A stretch of DNA of 64,000 bases from Candidatus Latescibacterota bacterium (GTDB lineage: Bacteria > Latescibacterota > UBA2968 > GCA-2709665): the NCBI GenBank assembly GCA_963667175.2, contig CAXXXF010000012.1:96001-160000 (forward strand), given 5' to 3'. The notes under the pieces are model-generated. The model saw only the letters and a list, made by a program, of their open reading frames with translations, made no database searches and was not told the origin of the DNA. The translations under genes and the position numbers were made by a program. Positions 42,918 through 52,433 of this stretch are shown here, piece after piece; position 1 is the first letter of the stretch; each line of letters starts with the position of its first letter.

Positions 42918-42954
42918 AGAACGTGAATACGCAAACGTCGATCGTACTGGTCAT

Positions 42955-43009
42955 CAGCTTTTTAGCGATTTCTTTATAGTGGCTGCAATATGCCTCAAAT
43001 CACCACTAC
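42955..43009 (-). ncRNA. SAM-II (SAM-alpha) riboswitch aptamer
   Basis: GUAGUGGUGAUUUGAGGCAUAUUGCAGCCACUAUAAAGAAAUCGCUAAAAAGCUG: P1 UAGUGG/CCACUA, UGAUUU loop, UUGC pairing with GC-U-AA, GCUAAAAA tail. Lies upstream of a Met gene. Confidence 0.88.
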
Positions 43010-43026
43010 GCTGAACATGCCCAAGC

Positions 43027-43055
43027 AATGTAAGCAATTCTCACGTCTCTGTCAA
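43027..43055 (-). promoter_or_regulatory. Sigma70 promoter for riboswitch-metB
   Basis: TTGACA (43055-43050, containing the thrC TGA), 17 nt spacer, TACATT (43032-43027). Predicted TSS is about 10 nt before the aptamer. Confidence 0.75.
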
Positions 43056-44398
43056 CCACCGTTCAGATCAAGCGTGCGAAAGATCCGGTCCCGAACCCGT
43101 CCGTACTCCGCAGGCAATTCCACGGGCAGATTCGCATGGGTCGGGCGGACGTCGAACGACGCCAGTTCCGCCTGATGGTATCCGATCTTGAACTCGGCGA
43201 ACTTCAGTCCGTGGGCGGTGGATATCACCACAACCCGCTCATCTCTCCGAATGACGCCTCGTTCCACCAGCTTGAACAGCGCGGCAAAGGCTACGCCCGT
43301 ATGCGGACACGCAAACAAACCGGTTCGATCCGCCCGCGCCGCCGCATCCGACAGTTCCTGGTCCGTTGCCTGCTCCACCACGCCGCCGATGTTCTTCAGG
43401 GTCCGGATCGCTTTCTCGGTACTGACCGGATCCCCGATCTGTATGGCACTGGCCAGGGTCGTTCCGGCCTTTTGCGCCTCAAAGACGTCGAAGCCGCTAC
43501 GGTAGCTCCGGTAAAGCGGATTCGCCCGCGCGCTCTGGGCAACCGCGATTCGAGGCACGCGGTCGATCAGCCCCATCTCCCGTAACTCGCTGAACCCCTT
43601 GCCCAGTGCGCTGACGTTTCCCAGGTTGCCGCCGGGAACCACAATCCACTGCGGCACGTCCCAATCGAACTGCTGGAGCAATTCCACGCTGACGGTTTTC
43701 TGGCCCTCCACGCGAAGCGAGTTCATCGAATTGGCCAGGTAGATGTTCTCCCTGTGGCATATCTCCTGAACGAGCTTCATGCACCCGTCGAAATCCGTAT
43801 CCAGGCTCAGCACGAGCGCGTTGTTGGACATCGGCTGGACCAGCTGGGCCGTGGAGACTTTGTCCCGCGGCAGGAACACCACTGCCTGTATGCCCGCGTG
43901 CGCGCAATATGCGGCCAGAGCCGCCGACGTGTCTCCGGTCGAGGCGCACGCGGCAGCCGGGATGCGCTGGCCCTCCGCAACCATCTGCTTTACCATCGAT
44001 ACCAGCACCGTCATTCCCAGATCCTTGAACGAACCGGTGTGGCTGTTTCCGCATTGCTTGACCCACAGATCCTCCACACCGATCTCTCGTCCGAGGCGCT
44101 CCGCCCAGAACAGATTGCTTCCCCCTTCATACATCGAGACCACGTTGTCATCGTCCACCACGGGGCAGACCATCTCCTTCTTGCCCCACACTGAACTGCC
44201 GTACGGCCATTGCGTGCGCATATACCTGCTATCGAACAGCCGACGCCAAACCTCCGGGGATCTGGCGCGCAGCGCTTCCAGGTCGTGGCGCACCTCGAGC
44301 AGTCCGCCGCATTTCGGACACGCGTAGATGATCTGCGTGAGCGGATAACGACCGCCGCATCCTCTGAAACACCGAAACCAGGCGCTATAGGGCGTCAT
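43052..44398 (-). CDS. thrC: Threonine synthase, plant-like subfamily
   Basis: [65 protein letters not shown] and STAHGLKF. Confidence 0.95.
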   Translation of the reverse strand: MTPYSAWFRCFRGCGGRYPLTQIIYACPKCGGLLEVRHDLEALRARSPEVWRRLFDSRYMRTQWPYGSSVWGKKEMVCPVVDDDNVVSMYEGGSNLFWAERLGREIGVEDLWVKQCGNSHTGSFKDLGMTVLVSMVKQMVAEGQRIPAAACASTGDTSAALAAYCAHAGIQAVVFLPRDKVSTAQLVQPMSNNALVLSLDTDFDGCMKLVQEICHRENIYLANSMNSLRVEGQKTVSVELLQQFDWDVPQWIVVPGGNLGNVSALGKGFSELREMGLIDRVPRIAVAQSARANPLYRSYRSGFDVFEAQKAGTTLASAIQIGDPVSTEKAIRTLKNIGGVVEQATDQELSDAAARADRTGLFACPHTGVAFAALFKLVERGVIRRDERVVVISTAHGLKFAEFKIGYHQAELASFDVRPTHANLPVELPAEYGRVRDRIFRTLDLNGG

Positions 44399-44509
44399 GC
44401 AGACCCCTGGTTCAAATCAGATACAGACACGTTTCGGAAAACGGGTCGTTTCTGTTCGTGACGGCCCGAATCGAGCGCACCGTCGCCTTCTGAGCCGGCG
44501 ATGCGCACT

Positions 44510-45337
44510 TCAGATTCTCTCCACCGTCTCCCCCGGCACCCACCCGCCAATCCCGTTTGGCAGTCGTACCAGATACCAGCGGCTTTCCAGCCGTTCGACG
44601 GCCACCTTCGTACCTTCATGGATTGTGAAAACGAGCAGATAGTCGTCCCCGGGACCGCTTCGACCCTGTACTTCGTCCGCCAGGACAATCGCTTCTGAAG
44701 CCGACGCCTCGCCATAAGCCCTGTACGTCAGCAGGGATCCTGAACCGAACAACCCCGCGCCCGCCAGTACCAGCAGCCCGATCCAGAGTGAACGGCGAGA
44801 GGTCGAATAAAGCAATAGAACGGTGGCCGCCGACGTCAAAAACAGGCTGACGCTGCTCAAAACGGCCAGCACGTCGGCACTCAGCGCGCCATAGGCGGTC
44901 GACAGCAGGCGGGTTGGAAGATTGACGTCTTCTTCCGGACTCTTGTCTTCTTTGCGGGCGTTTGCAAATTGCAGGTTCGAGAGAACGTCTTCATCGCCCG
45001 GCATCAACTTCAGGGCCCGCTCATAGGCCAGGATGGCCCGGCCGATTTCACCGGCCTTGAACCAGGCATTTCCCAGGTTGAAAAAAACGTAGCCGTTCCG
45101 CGCACCCTGCGACACCACGTCTTCGTACCGACCCGCCGCCTGCCTGAATTCGCCCTGCCTATAGAGGGCGTTTGCTTCGTTATAAATGCTCGCTCCGGTC
45201 CCGGCCCCGTCGACGGCGGCGGCGAACAGCAGAAACGTGAGTACCGTCAGCGAGACCGAACCCGCCGAAGGGATGGCGGCATCCAGAGCCCGGCAATGCT
45301 TCCCCAGCCGGCCGGACGGCGCGCGCACCCACGTCAT
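44510..45337 (-). CDS. batE: BatE-like TPR + TM + SH3b protein
   Basis: ANALY..NLGNAWFK..AILAYERA TPR; two TMs; RSGPG..HEGTKV..GWV SH3b domain. Confidence 0.82.
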   Translation of the reverse strand: MTWVRAPSGRLGKHCRALDAAIPSAGSVSLTVLTFLLFAAAVDGAGTGASIYNEANALYRQGEFRQAAGRYEDVVSQGARNGYVFFNLGNAWFKAGEIGRAILAYERALKLMPGDEDVLSNLQFANARKEDKSPEEDVNLPTRLLSTAYGALSADVLAVLSSVSLFLTSAATVLLLYSTSRRSLWIGLLVLAGAGLFGSGSLLTYRAYGEASASEAIVLADEVQGRSGPGDDYLLVFTIHEGTKVAVERLESRWYLVRLPNGIGGWVPGETVERI

Positions 45338-47157
45338 ATCCTGGCTCCCAGGTCATCGATCAACGCCGCCGCCGCGGCAAAGAGTTCCTTCCGTTCACTC
45401 TCCGGTATCCGGACCGAGGCGAATCGTGCGTAGTCGCAACGCAGGAAGACGTCCCGCGTTTCGGACACAATGGAATCCGGCGCCCCCTTCTCGCGGAGCG
45501 CCTGCGCGGCGGACTCGCGGGTCATGCCCGCGACCGGCAGATTCAGCCGATCCGCCAGGAACTGGGCCAGCGCCCGGTCGATTTCGACAAAAAACGCGGC
45601 GCCGTCCTTTTCGTCGAGCCGCGCGCGGGCCCGCATCAGGCGCTTCCTCGCCTCCGAACCCGAGCGGCGCCTTCGGGCGTACGCCACGTCGCCCAGAAGC
45701 CGGTCCCTCCGGCGTTTAAACGCGGCGATCCCGAGCAAACCGAGAACGGGCACAGATTGAATCGCCCAGAACCAGGGTTTCCTGTACAGCAGCGTGCCGT
45801 GATCTTCCAGAACTTCGAGATCCGGTTTCAGGTGACGAATATCCTGTCCGAGCCTCTCGATCTCTTTCCGGCTCAAACCGGGCCCGGAAGCGGCTTGCCG
45901 CCGGGCCGGCTTCACGATGATCGAAAGCTCCTGTGTTCGCACGGTATGGTAACGGTTTTTCTCCGGGTCGAAAAAGGGCAATACGAACGGACCGATGCCG
46001 GCGTTTCCCGGCCGGTTGGGGATCGCGACGTATTCAAACGTCTTTTCACCGCCGATACGCCCGTTCCTGTTTCCCATGCTTGCTGTCGTCTTCGGGTCGT
46101 AGAATTCGAAAGCGTCCCCTGCCGGGCGAACGGGCTCGCCCACGGCGTTCAGATTACCCGTACCGCGCACCTTCACCTTCACTGCAATTGGATCTCCTGC
46201 CTCGACCGTCACCGGCGATGCCGCAACCGATATATCGAACCGACCGACGGCGCCGCGGAACCCGGCCGGTGCGCCCGCGGGCAGAGGGGTGACCTCGATC
46301 TCCACCGCTTCGGATCGTACGCGCACTTCCCGGGTGGCGCCGAAACCGAAAAAATCGTCCATCTCGAACAGGTTTCTGCGCCGCGCGCGTTCCTGAACCT
46401 GGCAGACGATTTCAAGCTCGTCCACGGCCTGTTTTCCCGAAGCGGTTGGAAACAACGCCATCGTCTTCAGCCGCATGACGTCGAACTCGCGGCCGTTGTA
46501 GACCTCCCGGTCAAAACTGGCGCGCTGCGCGTCAAACAGGGTTTCCGACCAGAAACCGGTATAGGCGGGCAGGCGGCCGTAGCTGATATTTCGGAGCGTC
46601 CGGCGAGTGTAGAGCCTGTAGTCGACGGTGACCTGCTCTCCCACGTATACCCTTCTCTTTTTCGCCGTTGTGGTTACGAACAGGTCCTCATCCAGTTCCC
46701 CCGCATCGGGACCGCGGCGGGACGGTCCGGGCGCCGGCGCGGGTCGATTGCGCGGTCTCCGGTCGCTCCTCTCGACGTCCACCCCAACCGTGGAGGACTC
46801 GTGCCGCCGGCCCTCAAGCATCACGCGCGCCGGTCCGATTGCGAAACTGCCCTCGCGCATGGCGCGCAACGTATAGACGTACGAGTTGTTTCGCGTTGCA
46901 ACGACGCGGCCGTTCGTAATATTGACCTGCTGCGTTGCATAGGTCGAACGTCCGATCACGTCGAATCCGTCAGGAACCGGCAGTTCCGGCGCGGGGACGT
47001 CTCCTTCGGCCGTCAAGGTCACCGTAAGCGTGACCTGATCGCCCACTGCCACGCGCGTCCGGTCGACAGAAACCTCGAGACGCGGTGTTTCGCCGTGCGC
47101 CGCACCCCAGGAAATCAGAAGAACGAACGCAACAACACAGAAGGGCTTTCGCGTCAT
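45334..47157 (-). CDS. batD: BatD family exported protein
   Basis: SVDRTRVAVGD, YVGEQ, GAVGRF, GTGNL, C-terminal TM and CDYARFA. Confidence 0.85.
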   Translation of the reverse strand: MTRKPFCVVAFVLLISWGAAHGETPRLEVSVDRTRVAVGDQVTLTVTLTAEGDVPAPELPVPDGFDVIGRSTYATQQVNITNGRVVATRNNSYVYTLRAMREGSFAIGPARVMLEGRRHESSTVGVDVERSDRRPRNRPAPAPGPSRRGPDAGELDEDLFVTTTAKKRRVYVGEQVTVDYRLYTRRTLRNISYGRLPAYTGFWSETLFDAQRASFDREVYNGREFDVMRLKTMALFPTASGKQAVDELEIVCQVQERARRRNLFEMDDFFGFGATREVRVRSEAVEIEVTPLPAGAPAGFRGAVGRFDISVAASPVTVEAGDPIAVKVKVRGTGNLNAVGEPVRPAGDAFEFYDPKTTASMGNRNGRIGGEKTFEYVAIPNRPGNAGIGPFVLPFFDPEKNRYHTVRTQELSIIVKPARRQAASGPGLSRKEIERLGQDIRHLKPDLEVLEDHGTLLYRKPWFWAIQSVPVLGLLGIAAFKRRRDRLLGDVAYARRRRSGSEARKRLMRARARLDEKDGAAFFVEIDRALAQFLADRLNLPVAGMTRESAAQALREKGAPDSIVSETRDVFLRCDYARFASVRIPESERKELFAAAAALIDDLGARI

Positions 47158-47159
47158 TC

Positions 47160-47969
47160 CTACCACTCGTTTCCCTTGTATCTTTTGCCGTATACCCGCA
47201 GCCGGCGGTACTTCTGGGATTTCATCTCCCTGTCTTTCATCGCATCCAGCAGGCGTTCAGCCTCTTCCCGGCCAAGCTCCCCGGAGCCCGGCTGCCCTTC
47301 CTGTTGACTCCCGGTCTGCCCTTCTGAGGGATCGCTCCGTCCGCCCCGGTCCTCCTGCGGATCGCCCTGTCTTTCCCCGTCCTGCCGATCGCGATTCCCA
47401 TCGGGGTCCGGATTGGGCCGTTCCGGGGGCTGTTCCCGGTTTCCTTCGTCGTTCGGGTCCTCGTTATTCTGTTCCTTCCCCTCCTCTTTCTTCTCCTGAC
47501 CGTCCTTTCGGTTCTTCTGTTGCTCCTGATTCTGATTCTTCTCCTGCTCCCGCATTTTCTCCAGAACCCATTCCAGATTCACTTTCGCGTCCAGATCGTC
47601 CGGCGTTATCGACAGCGAGCGCTTGTAGGCCTCGACCGCCTGCCGCAGGTTCTGCTGGCGAACGTGGACGTTGCCCAGATTGTAATACGCGAGAGAGAGA
47701 AGCGAGGGGTCCCGGCTCTTCAGCGCGTGCCCAAACTCCTGAAGCGCATCCTGAAAGGCGTTCTTTTTGAAGTAGGCGTCACCCGCGTTGAATCTGAGCT
47801 CCGGCGCGTCGGGTTTTTCCACCTGGGCCTTCCGGTAGTACTCAAGCGCTTCCTCGAACTTGCCTTCGTGAAACAGGCGGTTGCCCTGCCGGTTGTTGTC
47901 CGCCGCCGGATCCAGAAACGTGAAACCCAGAAGCGGTACGACGGCGAAACCAACCAGATACCGGCGCAT
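47160..47969 (-). CDS. batC: BatC-like TPR protein with Q/E-rich linker
   Basis: GNRLF..YYNLGN..DAKVNLE TPRs; low-complexity linker; EAERLLDAM..W C-terminus. Confidence 0.82.
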   Translation of the reverse strand: MRRYLVGFAVVPLLGFTFLDPAADNNRQGNRLFHEGKFEEALEYYRKAQVEKPDAPELRFNAGDAYFKKNAFQDALQEFGHALKSRDPSLLSLAYYNLGNVHVRQQNLRQAVEAYKRSLSITPDDLDAKVNLEWVLEKMREQEKNQNQEQQKNRKDGQEKKEEGKEQNNEDPNDEGNREQPPERPNPDPDGNRDRQDGERQGDPQEDRGGRSDPSEGQTGSQQEGQPGSGELGREEAERLLDAMKDREMKSQKYRRLRVYGKRYKGNEW

Positions 47970-48005
47970 GGCGCAGACTCCCCGGGAGTTCCTGTGTCGC
48001 TGCAT

Positions 48006-49028
48006 TTACTGGAATCGCCCTCGCCACTGTGTTCGCACCCGTCTGCGATCCGACAGCAACGCTTCGCTGACAAAGCAGACGACCGCGACGGCCAGCGGCC
48101 ACTGGTACCGGTGTTTATATTGCGTGAATTTCCGCGAACCCAGTTCCTTCTTCTCCATCTGCGAGATCTCGTGGGTTACCCTGTCCAACCCGACGCCTCC
48201 CGCCTGTGACCGTATGTAGACCCCATCCGTCACCCCTGCCACCTGTTGCAGGCTTGCCTCGTCCAGGCGCGACTTGACGTAGTTGCCCCGGCCGTCTTTC
48301 AGATATTCCGTCCGTCCGTTCCGCTTGACCGGGATCAACTCGCCGCCCGGCGTCCCGACCCCAACCGCAAATATCCGCACCCCGGCTTCCGCCGCGGCTT
48401 CCGCCGCCTCCACCGGATCTTCGGCGTGGTCCTCTCCATCCGTAATCAGCACCAGGACCTTGTACTTGCGTTCTTCGCTTCCGAACGCCCGGGTCGCTAC
48501 GCGAACGGCCTCGGCGATGGCCGTGCCCTTCACCGGAATGATATCGGTGTCGATCGAATCCAGAAACAGCTTCGCGGCGCCATAGTCCAGGGTGAGCGGA
48601 CAGAGGGTAAAGCTGCGACCCGCGAACGCGACCAGGCCGATCCTGTCGCCTTCGAGCCGGTCGATAAAGGACTCGATCTCAATCAGCGCGCGCGTCAGCC
48701 GATTGGGCCGGATGTCTTCCGCGAGCATGCTCAGCGACGTGTCCAGGGCGACCATGACGTCAACGCCCCTGCGATGCAGGAGTTCGAGCCGCATCCCGTA
48801 CCTGGGCTGCGCCAGCGCGACGACCAGAAAGAAGAGTCCGACGACCGTCAACGCCGCCTTCACCCACTGCCGCTTCCAGCTCGTGGCCGCGGTCAGCTTG
48901 CGCATCAGTTCCGGGCTCCCGAAACGCGCGAGGGCCCGCCTTTTCTTCCGGTAGGCGACGGCGAAAAACAGGACGGCCGCCGGCACGGACAACAGGTACC
49001 AGAACGCCTGAACGTCGCCAAAACGCAC
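48006..49028 (-). CDS. batB: BatB VWA-domain membrane protein
   Basis: LAQPRYG, MIDAS DTSLSM, PNRL, CPLTLDY and LITDGEDH. Confidence 0.88.
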   Translation of the reverse strand: MRFGDVQAFWYLLSVPAAVLFFAVAYRKKRRALARFGSPELMRKLTAATSWKRQWVKAALTVVGLFFLVVALAQPRYGMRLELLHRRGVDVMVALDTSLSMLAEDIRPNRLTRALIEIESFIDRLEGDRIGLVAFAGRSFTLCPLTLDYGAAKLFLDSIDTDIIPVKGTAIAEAVRVATRAFGSEERKYKVLVLITDGEDHAEDPVEAAEAAAEAGVRIFAVGVGTPGGELIPVKRNGRTEYLKDGRGNYVKSRLDEASLQQVAGVTDGVYIRSQAGGVGLDRVTHEISQMEKKELGSRKFTQYKHRYQWPLAVAVVCFVSEALLSDRRRVRTQWRGRFQ

Positions 49029-49029
49029 C

Positions 49030-50016
49030 TCAGGGAATCCTCCGAAACCGCGTGTTGGCCAGCATCAGTTCGACGCCGAGCAGAACCAGACCCGGCCAGA
49101 GGAAATACGTGAACGTCTCCGAGTAGTCCACGTAGTCGCGTGTCTTGATTTCCGTTTTCTCCATCTCGCCGATGGCGCGATAGATCTCCTCGAGTTTCTT
49201 TTCGCTGGTCGCCCGGAAGTACCGGCCGCCGGTGATATCGGCGACTTCCCGGAGGGTCTCTTCGTCGATCTCCACCCGAACCCGCTGCCGGAGCAGGCCC
49301 TGGCCCGTCACGATCACCCCATCGCTTCCCGCACCGATGGTGTATATTCGTATGCCCACCGCCATGGCGGCACGGGCGGCCGTAACGGGGTCCACTTCTC
49401 CCCTGTTGTTTACCCCATCCGTCAACAGGATGACGACGCGGCTCTTGGCTTCCGACCGCCGCAACCGGTTTAGCGCAGTAACGATGCCAGTCCCGATTGC
49501 CGTGCCGTCCCAGGAATCCTCCGCGAGCCGCACCTCATTCAGAAAGCTCAGGAATATGCCGTAGTCGAGGGTGAGCGGACACTGCGTGTAGCTCTCGCCC
49601 GCGAAGACGACGAGTCCCAACCGGTCGTTGACCCGCCCCCGCACGAACTGGGTCACGACCTCCTTGCTGACCTGCAGCCGGGACTTTCGCTGCTGGTCCA
49701 GGTCTTTGTGCGCCATGCTGCCCGACACGTCCAGGGCGAGTACAATATCGATCCCCCGGGTCAGGATTTCTCTTCCTTCGCGTCCGGAACGCGGACGCGC
49801 CAGCGCCACAATCAGCAGGATCAGCGCCAGGCAGCGAAGCGCAATGAGACCGTGGCGAAACTTCAGCACGACTGAAGGCGGAATCTGCCCGATGACGCCC
49901 AGGTCCGGAAAACGGATGCTGCCCTGCTTCTGCCGCTGCCGGCGTACGTATCGGTAGATCAGCACCGGTACAAAGACAAGGGCGATCAGCCATTCAGGAT
50001 TCTTGAATTCAATCAT
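49030..50016 (-). CDS. batA: BatA VWA-domain membrane protein
   Basis: LARPR, MIDAS DVSGSM, GTAIG, LLTDGVNN and TGGRYFRA. Confidence 0.9.
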   Translation of the reverse strand: MIEFKNPEWLIALVFVPVLIYRYVRRQRQKQGSIRFPDLGVIGQIPPSVVLKFRHGLIALRCLALILLIVALARPRSGREGREILTRGIDIVLALDVSGSMAHKDLDQQRKSRLQVSKEVVTQFVRGRVNDRLGLVVFAGESYTQCPLTLDYGIFLSFLNEVRLAEDSWDGTAIGTGIVTALNRLRRSEAKSRVVILLTDGVNNRGEVDPVTAARAAMAVGIRIYTIGAGSDGVIVTGQGLLRQRVRVEIDEETLREVADITGGRYFRATSEKKLEEIYRAIGEMEKTEIKTRDYVDYSETFTYFLWPGLVLLGVELMLANTRFRRIP

Positions 50017-50969
50017 GCCGTGGCTTCCGCGGGCGCCGCAATCACCGAATCGTCCTGATCCGTCTGGACCTGCGCGTCCATCCGCCGCATCAGATCCAGC
50101 ACCGAATCGGCGGCCTTCAACGCGACTTCATCGCGGGGCATGAGCTTTGCGAATTTGACCAGGTCCGCCTCCGACAACAGCCGCTCGAGCGCCGATACCT
50201 CCGCTTCCCCGACCGGAACACGTCTGAGGTCCCGCACCAGTTCGCGCGTAGTACACTCCATTGCATCCACCCGGACCCGATCCTCGAGGTAGCGGCGCGT
50301 CACCTCGGAAAGCAGGCTGTAATACCGCTTCAGCGCTCCTTTTTCCACGAGCCGCATCCGAAGGATCTTTGCGACTTCGTCCGGCCAGACAACCGGCGGC
50401 CCCGGCGGATCGGACCCCGGCTTCCGGCGACGGCGACTCCAAACCCACAGGAAAGCGGCCACCAGGCCAATCAGAACGGCCAGGGCGATCCAGAACCAGG
50501 CCGGTATGCTGGCGTCGACGTCGACGGGAGGCTTCACGTCCCGGATATCCGTCATTCCCGGCGGTCTGACGCTACGTACCACAACCGGTATCGGTCCGGT
50601 GGCAATCAGGCCGGAGTCGCCCTCGGCCGTCCGCACCTGAAGCACAAGCGAGGGCACTTCGACCTCACCCGGCCGGTACACGGCAAGTTCGAAGGCGAGT
50701 GTCTCCTCCACCCGTCCGTCGGGAGTCTCCCGAACCGAGGGCGGTACCCGGCGGCGCACCTCGAACGGCGCGAGGAAGTCCTCGTTTTGCATCAATGCGA
50801 CGACGTCTCCCGATTCACGCAGGATCCGCACGTTCAGAAGTACGGGATCGCCGACCGTCAGCGTGTCCCTGTTGACCGCCGAGTCGAACAGAATTTCGGC
50901 GCGGGCGTCGGGCGATGAAATCAAGAGGCCGCACGCGGCAATCCAGACCGATATCAGGACGCGGGCCAT
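50013..50969 (-). CDS. Bat-operon exported/membrane protein (BatD-like N-terminal Ig fold, TM, DUF4381-like C-terminus)
   Basis: Signal peptide, TVGDP, IRDVKPP, TM, RRYLE..AMECTT.E and ADLVKFAK; this gene typically precedes batA. Confidence 0.7.
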   Translation of the reverse strand: MARVLISVWIAACGLLISSPDARAEILFDSAVNRDTLTVGDPVLLNVRILRESGDVVALMQNEDFLAPFEVRRRVPPSVRETPDGRVEETLAFELAVYRPGEVEVPSLVLQVRTAEGDSGLIATGPIPVVVRSVRPPGMTDIRDVKPPVDVDASIPAWFWIALAVLIGLVAAFLWVWSRRRRKPGSDPPGPPVVWPDEVAKILRMRLVEKGALKRYYSLLSEVTRRYLEDRVRVDAMECTTRELVRDLRRVPVGEAEVSALERLLSEADLVKFAKLMPRDEVALKAADSVLDLMRRMDAQVQTDQDDSVIAAPAEATA

Positions 50970-52384
50970 ATTCCGTTGACGACCTTCCGTACTCCCAGCC
51001 GTACGGTATCGGGTTGAACCACGTCCGGTTTCACCGGGATGAGTTCGAGCTTCAGTTTCGTCAGGATATTGGGATCGATCCTGACGATCTGGGGACGCTG
51101 ATGTCCCCGTGCGTAGAGGTTGCCATCCCTTTCACCGACACTCAGTTTCTGCGCCACCGCGTCGCCACGCCAGGCGGTGATCTCCAGTGCCGGGCGGTCA
51201 AAACCGAATGCGTCCGGCGTTGCCAGCGCTTCCGCGACGAATTCTTCGGCTTCGAGCAGTTCGATGGTGCGAAAGAGACGTCGGACGCGGTGTTCCAGGA
51301 CGATATGCAGCTTCGGCTGCAGCACCTGCCAGCCTTCGCCGCGTTGATCTCTGACACATTCCACCGCCCGGTCTCGAAACGCCAGCTTCAACCGGTCGAC
51401 TCCGGCGGTGTCGAACGCAAAGATACGCTTGAATCTCAGATCAGACGCCGTCTTTCTCAGATCTGCGACCAGGGTCGAATCGACCAGAAATACCATGGGA
51501 CGGGCGGAAAAAGTCGCGAAAAACGGAGGAAACCGGCTCGCGCCCATTCGGCGTCCGATCCTTACGGTCTTCTTCCGCTGATCGGGGCCGTCGAAAATCG
51601 ATAGCGTCAGCGTTGGATTTTCCAGGCCGTAATCACCGGCGTCCCCGGGCCCTTCAGCGATTACACGCGTGAATTCGGCAGTATACAGCCGTTGAATCAG
51701 CTTTTGGACCTCGTCACTGTCGGTGCGATCGTTTACCGGAACCGTCATGCGCCATGTTTCCGAGAGCTTCTCCACGACGACCCTGGCGTCCCCTCTGGCA
51801 ATTTCGATTTTCCGCACGGCTTTCCGTTTGAAATCCGCAACGCGCCTGTCGCGCAGTCGCAACAGCCCTTTCTCCAACCTCATCCGGAAAGGGGCGGCGA
51901 CAGCGAGAATGCCCGGATGCCCGGACCACCTGATATAGCCGTAACGACCGGTCGGACTCCGATCTCCCCAGAACAGGGAATCTACCCGGTTCGCCTGCGT
52001 TATCGCCAGTGCCAGATTCGGCCTGTCGAGGCCGAAATCCGAAAGACGCGCCTGCCCTCGCGCGATTCGGACGCTGTCCGCGACCACGCGCTCAAGGTCC
52101 ATATTCTGTAACGTACGGATCAATCCCGTGATTTCGCCGTCGTCGCCGCCGGTGGCTACCGGCTGCAGGATCCGCCATCCGTCCTCCGATTTTTCGATGA
52201 CGATCGTCGTATCGCCCCGTTGAACCGTCAGCCCGTTGACCGCGTCTGCTTCCAGGCGCAGCAGGCGCCCTGCCCTGGTTCGGGCCATATAACGCTCGTC
52301 GGCGCCCCGGATTTCGTAGAAATAGACAAAACCGACCAGCGCGGCCAGAAGCAGCACCAGACCACCTGTTGTCCTTATACTCAT
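50954..52384 (-). CDS. DUF4340-domain protein (repeated domains)
   Basis: N-terminal TM; three repeats with W..P and FGLDRP/YGLENP/FGFDRP motifs; follows the GldG-like gene. Confidence 0.75.
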   Translation of the reverse strand: MSIRTTGGLVLLLAALVGFVYFYEIRGADERYMARTRAGRLLRLEADAVNGLTVQRGDTTIVIEKSEDGWRILQPVATGGDDGEITGLIRTLQNMDLERVVADSVRIARGQARLSDFGLDRPNLALAITQANRVDSLFWGDRSPTGRYGYIRWSGHPGILAVAAPFRMRLEKGLLRLRDRRVADFKRKAVRKIEIARGDARVVVEKLSETWRMTVPVNDRTDSDEVQKLIQRLYTAEFTRVIAEGPGDAGDYGLENPTLTLSIFDGPDQRKKTVRIGRRMGASRFPPFFATFSARPMVFLVDSTLVADLRKTASDLRFKRIFAFDTAGVDRLKLAFRDRAVECVRDQRGEGWQVLQPKLHIVLEHRVRRLFRTIELLEAEEFVAEALATPDAFGFDRPALEITAWRGDAVAQKLSVGERDGNLYARGHQRPQIVRIDPNILTKLKLELIPVKPDVVQPDTVRLGVRKVVNGIWPAS

Positions 52385-52433
52385 AGAAAATGCCTGACCG
52401 GCTTCTCCGTTCCTGGAAAATCATGGCCGGGCG

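Noticed and set aside
47280-47560. Low-complexity purine/pyrimidine-skewed stretch
   Set aside because: It encodes the normal Q/E/K-rich BatC linker; not a repeat array.
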